From NCBI GenBank assembly GCA_002633005.1, contig NMRA01000011.1, positions 1,376,555-1,440,554 on the forward strand: DNA of 64,000 bases, written 5' to 3'. This DNA is from Phoronis australis. Taxonomy: Eukaryota; Animalia; Phoronida. Shown piece after piece: positions 13,310 through 27,135 of the stretch. A model generated the notes under the pieces. It ran no database searches. It was not told the DNA's origin and saw only the letters and a program-made list of their open reading frames with translations. Numbering within the stretch: position 1 is the first letter of the stretch; every line of letters starts with the position of its first letter. The position numbers were made by a program, and so were the translations under genes.

Positions 13310-15496
13310 ACTAACCCTACGTTCGATAAGTAAAGACTCAGCTCCCGGGCCGAATGGAGTTAAATACTCTAACCTGAAAAGCATGAGCCCAGAGGAGAAG
13401 AGCCAGCTCCTTCAGATCATAAACAGTTCACTTGTTGATGGAATCAAGGAGCAGGACCTTAGAGACTGCAGCATGGTGGTTCTTCCAAAGCCAATGAAAG
13501 ACCATAGCAAACTGAAGGGATACAGAATCATCATCATGGTGAACACCTGAGCAAAAACTACGGAACAAATTGTAGCGCAGCGACTAGCATGTGACCTAGA
13601 GAGACGTGCCTGTCTATCACCGACAGTTGGAGGAGCTAGACCAAGAAGATCCACTGTCTCCAACGATGAAGCGATACTCCATGAAATTCAGCAGGGAATG
13701 CAGGTTTCGCAACACACTGCAATTGCTCTCTTCGATCTGGAGGACGCCTACAACAAAGTGGATGTGGTTATTCTTGCCAACAAACTCAGGCAAATGGAGG
13801 TGTCCGATATGATGATCCGTTGGATACCCGCAGATGTCAACTCAAATTCGGCAAGTGGAAGTCAAGCATCTTTGAAGCAAGCTCAGGCCTCCCGCAAGGA
13901 TGCCCTCTCAGCTCAGTGCTCTTTAACACGGCAGATCTCATACAAGCAGCAAGTGAAGGTGGAGCTTCACCATACAGCTATGTTGATGACTTGATAGTCG
14001 CCGATAAGGCGAACACTCCAAGACATGCCGTGGAGGCCTGCTATCAGCAAGTGATGGTGTGGCCGATTGGACCGAAGACAACAAGATGTCCATCCAACCA
14101 GATAAAGTTAAATGGATGTTAGCCTCACGAGGTTATTTCAACTCAAACATGTTCACCCTGGGATATATGGAAGCCTTGATACCTCAAGTCCCTGAAGTTA
14201 CCTATCTAGGAATCAAGATGGATCGAAGAATGGCAATGAACTCCCATGTCGAATTCCTAGCTGAGAAAGGTGCCAAAAGCCTGTCACTGTTGAAATATGC
14301 AGCAGCCCAGCAGATCCAACAAAAGAGCCGGGTGCAACTCATGAATGCAACTGTCGGCGCAAGAGCTGAGTATGGGCTCCATCTGTGCCTGTGTGCCTCC
14401 CAACAATCAGTGACCAAACTACAGAGGATTCAAAACCAGGCCATTAGGATAATAACCAGTGCAGGTAGACCCACTCCGGTAGGCATTCTCCAATAGCTTC
14501 CGTACTAAACAGAAGACACTAGCAGCCCAAGCATTTCTGAAGGCAGCTACAACCAAGTCTCATCCTCTGTACCTGGACTTGAGAGAGCATAGTGATGAGC
14601 ACACTGCACAGAAGCAGAAAACTGTTCAATCACGGGTTATCGAAGCTAGGGAGCTTGTCGAAGAGGTATGTCCAGTGGAGAACATCAACAGCATAGAGTG
14701 GTCCAAAGCTACAAACTTTGTCATCAACACCATGGAGATTGGAGGCCGTCATTGGCGGGAAAGAGCTGACTGTATCAACCAAGCAACTGTATTGGAATGG
14801 CTTGAAGAACAATCTTCCACAATCATTGTTGCAAACGGACGGCTCACTAAGAGATGACACTACAGCTTGGGCAGCAGTTGCTTGGACTTGCGAGAGTCAA
14901 CGCCTCTTCGAATGGTCAACAGCGCGGGTTGGAAAATCCTCGTCTTTTAGAGCTGAATGTGAAGCATATGAAGACGCCCTAGTCTGGCTCTCACAGAACA
15001 CAACACCTGCAGACAGATCATTTCTACTTACAGACTCCCTCAGCTTCATTAACATCCTAAAAACTGGTCATGTGAAGGATTCTTGGATCCCTCTGTTCAG
15101 CTCTGTGAATGGTCTCTCCACCAGTGTTTATATACCAAGACACTGTGGCATCTCATTCAACGTCAAGGCGGATGAGCTTGCAGGCATCGCAGAACCGATT
15201 GCCAACCTGCTCCTCACACCAGCAGATGTAATCTCCAGAGTGTGTGAATCGCTTTAAGATGCCGAGATTGTACAACAGCAGGAGAGATGGGCAACTAAGC
15301 GCCTCATAGAGCGAGGACGGCAATACGGAGATGCAGCAAAAACTCGTATCAGGGGAAAAGATCGAATAGCGTGTAACCAGCACGAACTTGGTTGCATCTC
15401 CAAATTTACATTGCGTGCGATATTGGAAGGAGGAGGGCCAGATACTATCCCGGTGCCAACCCTCTGACGTCACCACAGAAACAGAAACTAAACTAA
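13310..15496 (+). mobile_element. Degenerate non-LTR retrotransposon, RT plus RNase H (I-group/Ingi-like), 5'-truncated
   Basis: RT motifs SAPGPNG, LPKPMKD...GYRII, FDLEDAYNKV, GLPQGCPLSSVLFN, YVDD, YLGI. RNase H motifs TDGS, RAECEA, TDS, YIPRHCGI..N.KADELA. Several frameshifts and stops, and a short cagaaa/ctaaa tail. Confidence 0.92.
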
Positions 15497-18422
15497 TTAT
15501 TAGACAATCAACATTTTTAGGTGACAGATCAGACGGCATGTAATTTTTTAGGCCGGTGGTGGATCAGTTCCTGATAAGTCGTCAACATTCACGACAAAGC
15601 GAAAAGCAAGAAGGCTTCATATCAGTTTCGTCTAATGCGCATGCTCATAAGGCCCCTCGCGACATCTTCAGAGCGCTTACATCAACTAAACACAGCAACA
15701 ATATTTATATGTTACTCTATGAGCACGCTGATTGGGTACAGCAAAAATAAGTCAAACTCTTCGCTCATTCTGTTTAATGTTGATATTTATTGGTTTCGAT
15801 GTCAACAAATGGAAGCAATGAACGTGTTGCTATCGCAAATAAAATGTTTGAGTCAAATTACTCTCAGATTTGACGTGCTTGGGTTATTCCGGAAGTGGCC
15901 GGCAGACGGCCATATTGAATGTCAGTTGTGTACCTTTCTCTTTATTATATTATATTGCAGAGGGCTACTTAAAGGTGCCTGTGACAGTACTAAACGATGA
16001 ACGCAGCAAGTGCAAAAAGAACATGTGTGCTGGGAAACTGAGTTTGTGCTACAATGCTGGGTCAAACTGTACAGAAATGTGCAGCTGTGACAACTGTAGT
16101 AACATCAGCAACACTGACTGCATAACACTGAATAGTTCTTTGACAAGTCAACCCTAAATAGACCTCCAACCCCGTTATTTCTTTTTGTGTATTAAAAAGT
16201 GAATTGTATTTGTTCATTAAGTCATAGAAAATACATACGTTGATCCTTGTCGTGTATTTGTCTCATACTGCCTGAGAAACGCTGTCAGAATAATCTATTA
16301 TTTTCTTAAAGTCTGTGTGCATATTCACAGAGACCATTCAACTATATTGTTTTTGTATTAACGTATTTCTGGTGTATTATGCAAACAACCTATATTTTAC
16401 AGCATAAGTCAATGGTTCAGTCATTGAGGCACAAATTTTGCCCAGTCTCAATTGTTGTGGTTGTTGTCAGACAATGCCAGAATAACCTCCTGGTAATATT
16501 CAGACTTAGTTTGCATTTCTACCACTAGGTGTCATTTTACATTTTTTAAATTTTACTGTTTACAATTAGTCTACAAAAGTAAAACATGTAATGTGAGTGT
16601 ATTATTGTTCAATACAATGACATCGATGGTACCATATTACTTGTTTTACAAAAAAGATAGCAAAAACTGGTGTTTTTACAAATATAAGTTCTCTTAAGCT
16701 CTATGGAGGTTATTATGCAACTTCAAACTCAAAATTTCTCAAAAATGTGCAACTTTATATGTGGGATCTTTTTAGATTTTGAAAACACTCTAGTACATGT
16801 ATTAAAAAACACCAAAATAAATTTGCCCCCCTAAAGTACTCCCAAAAACCATTTTCTAGAAGCCCTACAAATTCTGGCCCACCGCCTAGCTGAGCCACAC
16901 CGCCTGGCCTGCCGTGCGCTGACATACAACACGTAGTTCCGGAAGTACTAGAAGCCTATTGTTTTTCGTCATAATCAAATCCAAGATGGCGGATATGGCG
17001 GTCATTTTGTTTTCATTTTAAGATTCAAATGCTTCTAAAGGCTTTAAATTTTTGCGTACAGAGCTGAAAATTGGGACAATTATTGGACCGAGCGTGCGCT
17101 ACATTTGTACCGGGAATTGTGTACTTCCTGTTAAAGATGACGGAAATATTGGCAACTGCGCTTGCACACCTTCAAATTGGGCTAAAAACGTTTTCTACGG
17201 TATAGGGTGCATTATAGGAGCAATTCCTTCGAAATTTTTCAGGTATTAGTTTCTTAGGACATGCTATTATTTAGAGCTAAAAACGGATATTGCTTTCAAG
17301 ACGGCGGATCTGGCGCATGTTAATATATTTTCAGTCGTGCTGGTGTGCCATTTTAAACGGGAAGAGAAAATTTCATTTTTTCGGAAAATCTACAATTGAA
17401 ATAGAGTTTTGAACGGGCTTTCAGAAGATATTTTTCATTTTTCGGTAGGATGTATACTTTTTGAGTTATTTGGGATTTTCTGATAGCGCTGTTCCTTTGT
17501 AGAGCGCTCTTGCTACATTGATGTTGGTTTAGCTTCTATTGAACAAGACTGTAGCCTATTCCTTACTGATTTATGACATCTAAGTTCGTCATATGAACGT
17601 TATGATGTTGTTCATCATCGCCACCACCATCATCATATTCGTCCTCATCTCCGTCGTCGTCTTTTTTGTTAATTTCGCCAAATTTCGCTCTTCGGTGCGC
17701 TTTCATATTTTATGTCGAATGATATTTAAATACATTGAATGCAAGAATTTTCGTGGGAGAGGTTGAATTAGACGTGGCATTTGATGACGGAGAGGATGCA
17801 GACCGGAAGTGGCATGATTGCCACATGATAGTATTCGGAATGTCGAAAGGAGAGGGATATACTGCAAGTGCGGCATGAATGCCGCATAATGCTCTTCGGA
17901 GTCCGTGGTAACAATTGGCTGTGCTGATCTCATTCGCTCCAGTGGTGTCGAGGCGATGGTTATCTAACTTGTGGACGAACGACAAAGTGATCAAGAAATT
18001 TTGGCTGTACTGAATGGAAGTGGTAGAGAATCTTTTAAAAACTGGAGTATTCCCAGAATTTTACAGTGCAGTGACATCTTGCAGTAATTAGTGCCTGGGC
18101 CACTGATAATTTATGTCCTCGTTTTGTATAATTTTCTGTTTTGTATTCACTGCACCTTTTTGCACTTTGTCTACAGTTGTGACCCGGGGTACACAACAAC
18201 TGTCAGTCAGATTTCGCAGTATCAGTTTCAGTGAAAGTGCTATAAATGCACGGAATGCTTTGCGATTTTATTTCATTTACGCACAATGGCGAGGTACAAT
18301 TGGTGGTTCAGCACTGAGCCCTGCGACAGTCCTCGAACAGAGGAGCTATGCTTAGCACGTTCACTACAGGCCTATCCACTGGTCCATGTAATCTGAAAGA
18401 ATGTTCACGATCTTGTTTTCTA

Positions 18423-20221
18423 GAGACCCTATTTACGCCGACAGGAGGCGCATTCCAAAACGAGGCTCGCTACGATGCTCTGTTAGCTTATCGGCATAAG
18501 CTCTGTGTTTCATACCGTATTGTTCCGCGAACGGCTAGAAAAATTACGGACACGCAACTGTCTGCTTCCCAATCTCTACAGACGTTGAGATTCGGAAGCG
18601 TTGGGTCGTTGCCGCGACGAAGCAAAATATGTCCGTGTAAAATTTATAAATGTTTTCGAAAAGTTGGATCATATTTTGTCGCATGTCGGTCAGTTGTTTA
18701 AAGCATCATAGTAACGACCGGAGAATGGGCCAGACAGGCTGTGTTTTCATGACTACGGATTTAGGGGGGGGGGGCCTAAAATTGTATCAGATCCCATTTT
18801 GAGTTCGGGTGCGAATTGCTGACTAGCAGGCTCAACCAGGGCGGGTCTTGGGGGGTGAATAAACAACGCATATGCGCTGAATGAATCCCGTTACCGTTTT
18901 TTTTTAGTCAACAGGTCCGCAAACCCAAGAATTCAAGACCCCTGCATCCCCAGAGTTTAAGCTGGGCGTGCGCATCTGCCGAAATGCTGCTTATTCCTGT
19001 GCCCTGCCCCCCTAACTGAAAAACCTGGATCCGCAGCCGGCGCCCCTGCTACGGGTTGAAACATTATAATTTTTCTTTCCAAAAAGGACTGGGCCCTCAA
19101 GCCCTCAAATTTGGGCCCAATATCGGCCCTATTCCCACTCAAACATATTGAAATATCACGCGAAATTCCCCCCACGAGGCATAAAATTCCCCTAGTGAAA
19201 AATCTCTGAGTTCACATAACCTGTAACCACACAGGTGACAATTTTTAAGAGCACAAAAGGCTACTTTAAATTGAGGCAGAGCCTACAGTGTATGAGAGCT
19301 TGCAACAGGGCAGGGGTGCTATTGATGGTGATGGGGAGGTAGATTGTTCCCGCCCTCACTCGGCGAAAAAATCGCCTCTCAGTAGGCACTGGCACCGTTC
19401 CCCTCGGATGAAAGAGGCCTCTGCAGAAACACGATAACTATGATTCCATTGTCCAGTTAACTGAAATTGAGTTCTAAATCGATGCTATGTTTTGGACGAA
19501 CGAATTAGGTGTTTTAATTTTAAAATTCAACTTGGTCCAGATTGATATTTGAAATCTAACACATGTAATAGACGTAAGAATTATTACAACCAAGAAAGCA
19601 TTCATGGTCAAATAATTTTTATTTTCAATTACGAGCCTGGGCTTTTACTTTAATAAAAATATATTTAATAACATCAATTCTTCTTTCAGACCAATGACAA
19701 ATCACCTGTTAGTCCCAGTGAGTGCATACTAGGATCAGGCTATGCTTGATGTTAATATTCTTGATCAACAAATTAAACCATATGTGACTAATTGCACATG
19801 ACAGACACCACTGTCGAATATGTCTTCAACTCGTCAACATTACGAGCAGATGACCTGGTCCGCGTAGAAAGTATTTTGATCAACAATTTACAAGAAAAAA
19901 CGTAACCCTGCATTCAGCATAATACCTAATCCGTAACACTACGATCGCCGCAATTTGGTCATATTTACTTTTCATGTTTCGAACCTAGTTTTCTGATAAA
20001 AAATTAAACCCTTTCGTCAGACAACTCTTTGGCGCCTTAACTTGTTCTCTAATGTAATTTTCTACGTCTCTGTGGTTAATTGTCGACACATCATTAAAAT
20101 TTAATATCCAGGTTAGACTCGAAAGACCGGCTATTTAACTCACGCAATGTCTACTTTCGCTTTGTTTATCGCAGTGAGCCTCGCTTTGGATCTTAATGGC
20201 CGCCGCGTGAATAGGGTCTAT
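18423..20221. mobile_element. ~1.8-kb non-autonomous TIR element, copy 1
   Basis: Ends agaccctatttacg / cgtgaatagggtct; collinear with 44833-46948. Confidence 0.8.
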
Positions 20222-20505
20222 AGCGGCTGTACTGAACGATCGTGTTTTGTGTTGAGTCCAGCAGTTAGATGGAATACAGCCACTGACGGAGTATACTAAA
20301 AAATTCAAGTACGGTGGTCAAAAGACAAAAAGGAACCTGTTTTCATCATATGAGAAGCCTTGCCTTACCTAGAAAAAATGCTTTGTTCGTTAGTTACTGA
20401 TATTTTCGCGATGTAAAATATATCAGATTCAAAAGACGTTTAAAGTTTATTGAAATTATATTCCTCCATCTGCCACTAGTAATTACGCATTGCGTAAATG
20501 TAATG

Positions 20506-20880
20506 CAGGGCCGTAGGAAACGGGGGGCCGGGGGGGGGGCACGTCCACCCAAAAAATTGCAGGCAGGCATTAGGGTTAAACCATGGCAATCGACACAGGC
20601 GTGGGATTGGAGACAGTCGAGAAAAGAAAGACTACGAATAAGGATAAGAGACAAAATTCACGAGAACATTTGACAACTCAGTATTAGTGCATGGTTTACT
20701 CTTTGAGTTTCCTGGCCAGGACATTGTTGTTAGGGTCTCCGGTTTTGAAGCATACATCTAGGTCGCCTAAACGCACTTGAAAACGTGCACTTTATCATTC
20801 ATACATGTTTTTCGAAATATTGAGAAAATTCGGAAAGCAAAGCTTTTGCGGAGCATATTAATTCACTGGATTTTTAATTT
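20506..20880. mobile_element. Truncated copy of the CAGGGCCGTAGGAA MITE (full copy 62847-63293)
   Basis: Same left TIR and internal sequence as 62847-63220. Confidence 0.8.
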
Positions 20881-21711
20881 AAAAAAATGCGACTGCAAAA
20901 ATGCAAAATTGTATTTTTCAGAGGCCATTCTCTTGCAGCTGATAACAGAGACAACTGCCGCTCTATTGGTTCGTGTTTTTTTCTCTAAATTGTATTTAAC
21001 TTGAGAAAATTGATGGCTTGGCAGACAACATCAATTGCTGCGCATTTCCCGACTTTTGAAATTATAGTTCTTTTCACATTTAGAGGCTGAGCTCTTGCAG
21101 AAGGCCATTGATGACATTCAAGTTGCCACCCTTTGCTTGCATTTTTGACAAATTCTTAAGGGTACGCTCACGCTTAGTGTGCAGTCTGGTGGTGGAGTAA
21201 ATTCGGGTGTACAACTCCAAATTTTATTGAGCTCAATCATTTGGGTTACCTAAATCCTTAATTCAAGGCATCTTTCCTGAAAAAGCATTTTTACTCTTCT
21301 AAAAACAGAAAAGATTTACCAAGGAAAATTCCGACGCAGAGTGATCAGGCGGTTATTTTTGGGCCTCGCTGAAGTTTCAATCTGGGTCATTATACATATA
21401 AATAGGTTAAACTAAGTAAGATCACCGGCTAGCAAAATCTGCCAAAATCTAAACGTTTCGTTATCGATGCATACAGTAAATGTACCATGAGATCTAAGAT
21501 CTTTACAGGAAATCAAGACCTAATGGCGAGTATGCGCTTTTTTACTGAGGCAATCGTCTGCTCCCAACGTTCAACTCTCGGCTGCCGACAGTGACGTAAA
21601 ACTTCTGCTTTGCGATAGTCCATTCCTCAAGTTCTGCAAATCAGCAGAAATGTTTCTATTGCTATGTATAGTCCAGAAGCTAAGTATGTGGGATAGGCTA
21701 ACCTATATTTA

Positions 21712-21734
21712 TGTATGTGTGTGTGTGTGTGTGT

Positions 21735-21774
<40 letters not shown>
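21712..21774. repeat. (GT)n microsatellite
   Basis: Visible dinucleotide run. Confidence 0.95.
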
Positions 21775-21777
<3 letters not shown>

Positions 21778-24700
21778 CTAACTGGGAACTTTTTTGCTAG
21801 GAATCCCAAAACAGAAAAGTTTTGGCTACATGTACATGAATGATATCACAAACGTCAAGGTGTGGATCTATACTACGTGTTTGAACTGGTCATGAGGAGT
21901 AGGCCTACGGTTTCGTCATGAACAATTTGGTGTGACGTCACACCATGCGTTATTAATGCTTTGAAAACAATAGGGAAGTCAAACACCTAGGCCATGTTTA
22001 ATAGGACGATGGCAGATCGGCACGTTCCCCTTCGACCATATAGCTTCTTACTGTTTTTAGATGTGGCAGAACTTTTACCCTCGACAACACCGTAACAATG
22101 AGGTACTCGAACGACATGTGAAGTTTTGTGGGATTGGATACAAACTTGTCCACAGAAAACGTTTAAGATTCATGTAAGCGTTCAAGAATATCGGAATGAA
22201 ATCTGGTGGAGAATAATTACAATCGAAACTAAAATATGTCGTGCCTACTTAAAGGGTACACTTCTCCGAGAGTTCACTACTTTGAAAATATCTAAACTTT
22301 CTGACTCAAGTGTAATTGTTATAGTTTTACATGCAGCAGTAAACAACACTTCGGTTAATAGATGCAACTGTACCGAAAACAACCCCTGGACAATAAATCA
22401 CGTTGTTTAGATTTCGGCGCATGCGAAATTGCCCGCATGTCTTTCGAATACGTAAAAGTAAGTACGTATATACTTGCATTTCTAAAGGAATTAATTTAGT
22501 ATATTGATGAATTATCAACAACAATGCATTAATCAAATCCATCATTACACAGTTCGACTGAAAAGTTTAGGGCGCAGAGCTGCACCTCATTACTGAAATT
22601 AATCGCACGGCTGTCACGTTTTCCCCCATATGTGGGAGGGCGCAGGTTGTTACAGACCGGTGCTAATAGCTTTCGGTGGGACGATAGACTGAAGACTTAT
22701 TCGAGTTAATTACTTTATTGATCTCAACAGTACTTTCGCAAGTCTTCTCAAACAAAACGTTCGACGTAAGCCTTGACTTGTGATGAATTTCTGTGACGTC
22801 CAGCAACTGTTACACTCGTTGTTTCAATAACCTGCTATCTCTAAAGCGGGCTCTCTATTGACTATCGCTGTAACTGTTGATTATCTCCAATGCAACTCAA
22901 CTGTAACTCCAACAGTTTAACTGTTAAGTACTAGCCCACGAGAGCACCTGCCATCCACCGGCAAGGTGGGGGTCAGCCGATTTTTACCAAATTTGACACA
23001 TAGGTAGTCCTATGGGATCTATAAACAGCGGTAAACTATTTCCCCAAAATATTACGTTCTACAAAGTTATGGGCTCAAACACATTTTACGGCTTCGCAGC
23101 CGTGTTTTCAAGCTGTAAAAACTGTCCAAATTTAACTTTTTACATTTTTCTTTGAATGAAAGCTATTGAACTATTATTCACATGGCATTTTTTAGTGATG
23201 CCACTAGATTGTTACACAGATGTCTTAAAAAAAAACGATTTACCACCCTCATTTAGTAGTTTTACTACACTACCCCCGTTACGCCATTTTGAGGTTATGT
23301 TTAATACACTGCTATAGCAAATCTGCCCCCACAGCTATGAGATTGAAACTTGGCCAAAATGTTGAAAAATCATGTTCTTTTCATTGCATAAAATAAAATT
23401 TTTGTCAGCCAGTTTATTATTAGTTATACATTTTGGCAACTCAAATGTATTAAAATGAAAAATTTTCAAATATATGAGTCGTTGCGGCAGCATGTAAAAT
23501 CATATTGTCTTTAATGTTTTTTGATATTTTGACAATGAGTTTGTTCCTCCTGAATGTTTTGAATGTTTTAATACTGACACCTAGATACCATACATGGCTC
23601 CATTTTTGTAAAAATCGATCTTGTCCTCCCCAGTGAACAGGGTTAGACATGAACTCGACAAATGTAGCTTATTTTGATTTATAGTTGTTATCCCTTGTAA
23701 TTTCCATATGGGTATTTCTTGACACATATTCAAATCACATTTTATGTTGATTAAATGTTTATGCAATGCATTGTAATATCAAATGCATGATAAGTTTAGT
23801 GGCATGACCACAATTTTTATACGACTTAAAACAAAAGGCCGCAGGAGTCTTTAGTTTTCCTGACGAAATACCGGGTTTCACGTTCTCTGAAGACATTCGA
23901 ACGACAAGACAAACTCCCCCACTGTCCATGGCAACTCGTCACATGTATATTGTATCATTGTTTTCCGTTGTTGTGTCATTGTTGGATATAACAACATATG
24001 TCACATCGATATAGAACCTTCAGCGTACATCAGACCGTTGCCGATAAATGCTTATCATTATCTATATTATAACAACGGGAACAATGAGGATGCTAATTTA
24101 TTGTTCTCTATGCAACCAGGTTTCCCGTGGGTGACCCCAAAGTATCCACAAACACTTATCACGCACCTCAGTAACTCTTTCCGCGCACACGAATCCTTCT
24201 CGTGGAACCTAAACACCAAATTTTTATATCCTTGTGTTGTGATGCATTGCTCATGGTTTGGGTTCAGATTCCGGTGTATTAAGATTCCAATCTCCAACCC
24301 TAAATATGCAGTTTTAGTAAAAGTTCTAGACAATGCAGGTTTATGGATTTATTCTCTTTTAAATGAAGAGTAAAAATCAAATTCTGCACTGATTTTCAAA
24401 AGTAATCACATACTGGAAGAGCACACACCTAAAAATAATACAATGTTTGACAATTTTATTCCTTATATCATTTGAAAGTTGTCTGCATCACAGACAGCTC
24501 ATCTAAGGTGAAGATATTTCTTGTGAAAAAATATAAAACACCAACCAGACACTAGTGTACTACAAAATATGTTTTCGTAATACAATACAAAGATAACTGT
24601 ACAGTCAAAAGTGCACATGCTATGACTCTATTAAACAAATGCCTTCTAGACCTTTTCAACACTCCAATTGATACAGGACAGTGTCAACCACACAAAGCCC

Positions 24701-25054
24701 ATAAATTCAGGGACTTACACTCAAGGTGATTGCGAAAAAGGATTTTGCAATGTCGCTGACAGCTGAACATGTACAAAGACATTCCTACAAGCATTGCGCC
24801 AACTTGTCATAGAATTCACCTTATTCGTATATATGAATTGTAAGTGGCGTTTTCGGCGCGTGGCCAGAAATCCTCTGCTTGTATACAGTATACCTGCAGG
24901 TCAGTTGATCAATAGGCACTTTGTGGCTCTTGATGACATCCATGGCCTGGTTTCTTTGTTGTAACTGTTGGTACATGTATTTAGGACCTTGCCTATTATG
25001 TACATTTACTAACCCATGTTTCTGTTTCTGAACGGTGTGAAGGATGATTGCTTA

Positions 25055-25224
25055 CAGGGGCGGATCCTGTATTTTGAGTTGGGGGGGGGCAGGGCAGAGT
25101 ATTAGCCAGGCTTTTACCCGTCAGTTTACCCGTCAGACATTCGTGCCCCCTAACTGCCAAATGGAATCTGGGGGAATTTTAAGGGGGGCGAAGGCCCCCT
25201 TCGCCCCCTTTAAATCAGCCTCTG
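25055..25224. mobile_element. 170-bp MITE with 5-bp TSD (GCTTA) in intron 2 of gene B
   Basis: gctta|caggggcggat ... atcagcctctg|gctta; a related copy spans the gap at 45355-46182. Confidence 0.8.
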
Positions 25225-26150
25225 GCTTAAGAACGGATCGTCTTTATAATATTTGATCAGTTCTCTCAAACTGTACATACCCGCCTCCCTATTTATTGTA
25301 GAGTCGCAATTTTTTAAAAAGAAAACATCAAAATTGAAAGTAAAATTTGTGAGATGCGCATAAAATGTATTTTGCGTCGCCCGTGATACAAAAGTAAACA
25401 AACTTTTTACGTCTCACCTTCTACTCATCAGTGATCTGTGTTTAACTTTTACAAGGGTTAAGATATTATACCGAAGTCGAAATTTTTAAGCAAGCTGTGT
25501 CGGGGTGCCGTTTATAAGCAAGCTGTTTCGGGGTGTCGTTTATGCAAAACACGTTCAAAACGTCTATCTGGAATACAAACTACTGTACTTTGTCCCAAAT
25601 ACAAAAGGTGCCATGTGCCGAGAAAGAGAGTTATGGGTATTTTATCAAACATTGCATTCTCTGCCTATCACACACAACTCAGTCACACGCCGGTCTCACT
25701 ACCGGTCCAGTCTTTAAAATGTTCAATTATGAAGTCTCAATCTGCCCCGGGGTCAGGAAAGGTACAACGTACGTGATACTGGTTACGTTTCACTTCAAAC
25801 GAAACGATTAGAAACCTTATATCAGACCTATCATACAGGTACATCTACATGTATGAGCCCGACCGAGATCTGACAGTTACCTGTTGTACAGTGTCACGGC
25901 CATCGTACACCACTTCATCATACACATACTTAACCCCCCGGTATTTTCAGCGACAGATAAGCTTTTGGGGAGAAATACAGGCCAAGGCATAGAACGTACG
26001 CGACTTCGCTTCGGATTAACCGCGCCCGGCGGCAAGACGAAGTGAAGGCTGGGACTAGCCTCCGTCTAACCGGGGTTTGGAACCCGCATCCAGCAGAGAC
26101 GGTCTTGCCACGCTCGATAAGAAGAAACTTTCGACCTGTAATGTACTTAC

Positions 26151-26291
26151 TCTTATTATCTGGCTCTTTTCGTTCGACACGTCAAGAATCAAAGTACGCG
26201 ACTCGCCACTATATTGTTTCGGTAGGCATCTGCACCTTTCTGACGTCACTGCGGCGGCACACAAAAGAAGAATGGCGACAATGGGCTTCAT
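26151..26291 (-). CDS. EPDR-like gene B exon 1 (signal peptide, CRCLPKQYSG)
   Basis: gccATG start, hydrophobic leader, KQYSG identical to gene A, consensus donor AGA|gtaagt. Confidence 0.8.
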
Positions 26292-26959
26292 GGCTGCGAG
26301 ATCGCACTACAAAGAACAGAAAATGGTAAACCACGCGTCTTGTCAATGCCCTGAAGCATATTTCTATGATATCTAGACCGTGAATCTAGTCTCCACACAA
26401 GAAGTCCATATTACTTTTTGACTTAACTCAATATTTGTGCTTGTGGTTGTGCGCCCCGCTGCAGACGACCACTGGCTACATGTATGTAGTAAATTCACCA
26501 TTTTAAAGTTTTCTATCTCATTCCTAGATGAATGTTTTAAATGTGAAAATTTACGGTGCTTTAAGTTGCATTTACGTGTAATTTGGCATCAAAATTGGTG
26601 AAAAATGAAAAAAAAATGCTCGAATTTGATGTTCATGTAGAGTACGTGGTCATAGTGATAAAAATATTGTCTCAGGTGTTTTAAGAGACACATTTGGACA
26701 TTGTTCCGTCTGTTCCTTTTTGGTGAATATTATGATGGTCACGTCATCTCATTAAAGGAATTAGGTCAAAAATCTAAAAATCAAACACTACATGTTTTCT
26801 AATTTCAGAAAATATACAAATTACAGAGTTTTGTATTTTACAAGTCATGTTAATAATTGGCTAAAAACACCGCCGACACTTTGATAAGTTGCTGCATAAC
26901 CTTAATCTTGTGAGGCAAGTTACCGCATCGTGTTGTGTTAAAGCCGCTAGTTACCTGTA

Positions 26960-27135
26960 CTTGAGAGGCTTGCAAAAAATTATACACGTTCTTTTCGGGC
27001 CCAGCGCACAAATGGTCAAAGCTCGTGAAAGCCTTTGCAGATAATAACACGTCCGTGACTTTAAAGTCGCTGTGGTGGTTAGCAAAAGCGAATTCTACAA
27101 AAGCCCTTGTTGCTGGATATGCAGCAAAAGTGTTC
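26960..27135 (+). mobile_element. hAT-superfamily transposase fragment (Tip100/ZMYM1-like)
   Basis: Translates to KKLYTFFSGPAHKWSKLVKAFADNNTSVTLKSLWWLAKANSTKALVAGY, matching the LYxFFSxSxxRW...LKxLSxTRW block with the SxTR part deleted. Confidence 0.7.

Larger units (their letters stand above)
10361..16888 (+). mobile_element. Academ-like DNA transposon relic with nested insertions
   Basis: Terminal inverted repeats (TIRs) tagtcggtgggccaga / tctggcccaccgccta (TAG...CTA ends), plus inverted gagtactttggggg / cccccctaaagtactc. A CXC-like remnant SKCKKNMC...CTEMCSCDNCSN at ~16000-16110 resembles Academ transposase C-termini. Confidence 0.65.
23759..26291 (-). pseudogene. Divergent ependymin-related gene B, join(26291-26151, 25961-25881, 24893-24820, 24325-24167, 23921-23759), about 205 codons with one in-frame TGA; pseudogene or recoded gene
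   Basis: Exon 1 MKPIVAILLLCAAAVTSERCRCLPKQYSGESRTLILDVSNEKSQIIR|gtaagt clearly parallels gene A exon 1. The downstream GT-AG exons are phase-compatible (0,0,2,2) and carry GRDTVQQ, AYLG, KDSCARK and NVKPGISSGKLKTPAAFC in the EPDR motif order. TGA at 25947-25949. Exons 2, 3 and 5 have weaker boundaries. Confidence 0.6.

Noticed and set aside
23690-23745. Candidate SECIS after gene B
   Set aside because: The helix is only ~8 bp and lacks the RUGA core spacing of a canonical SECIS
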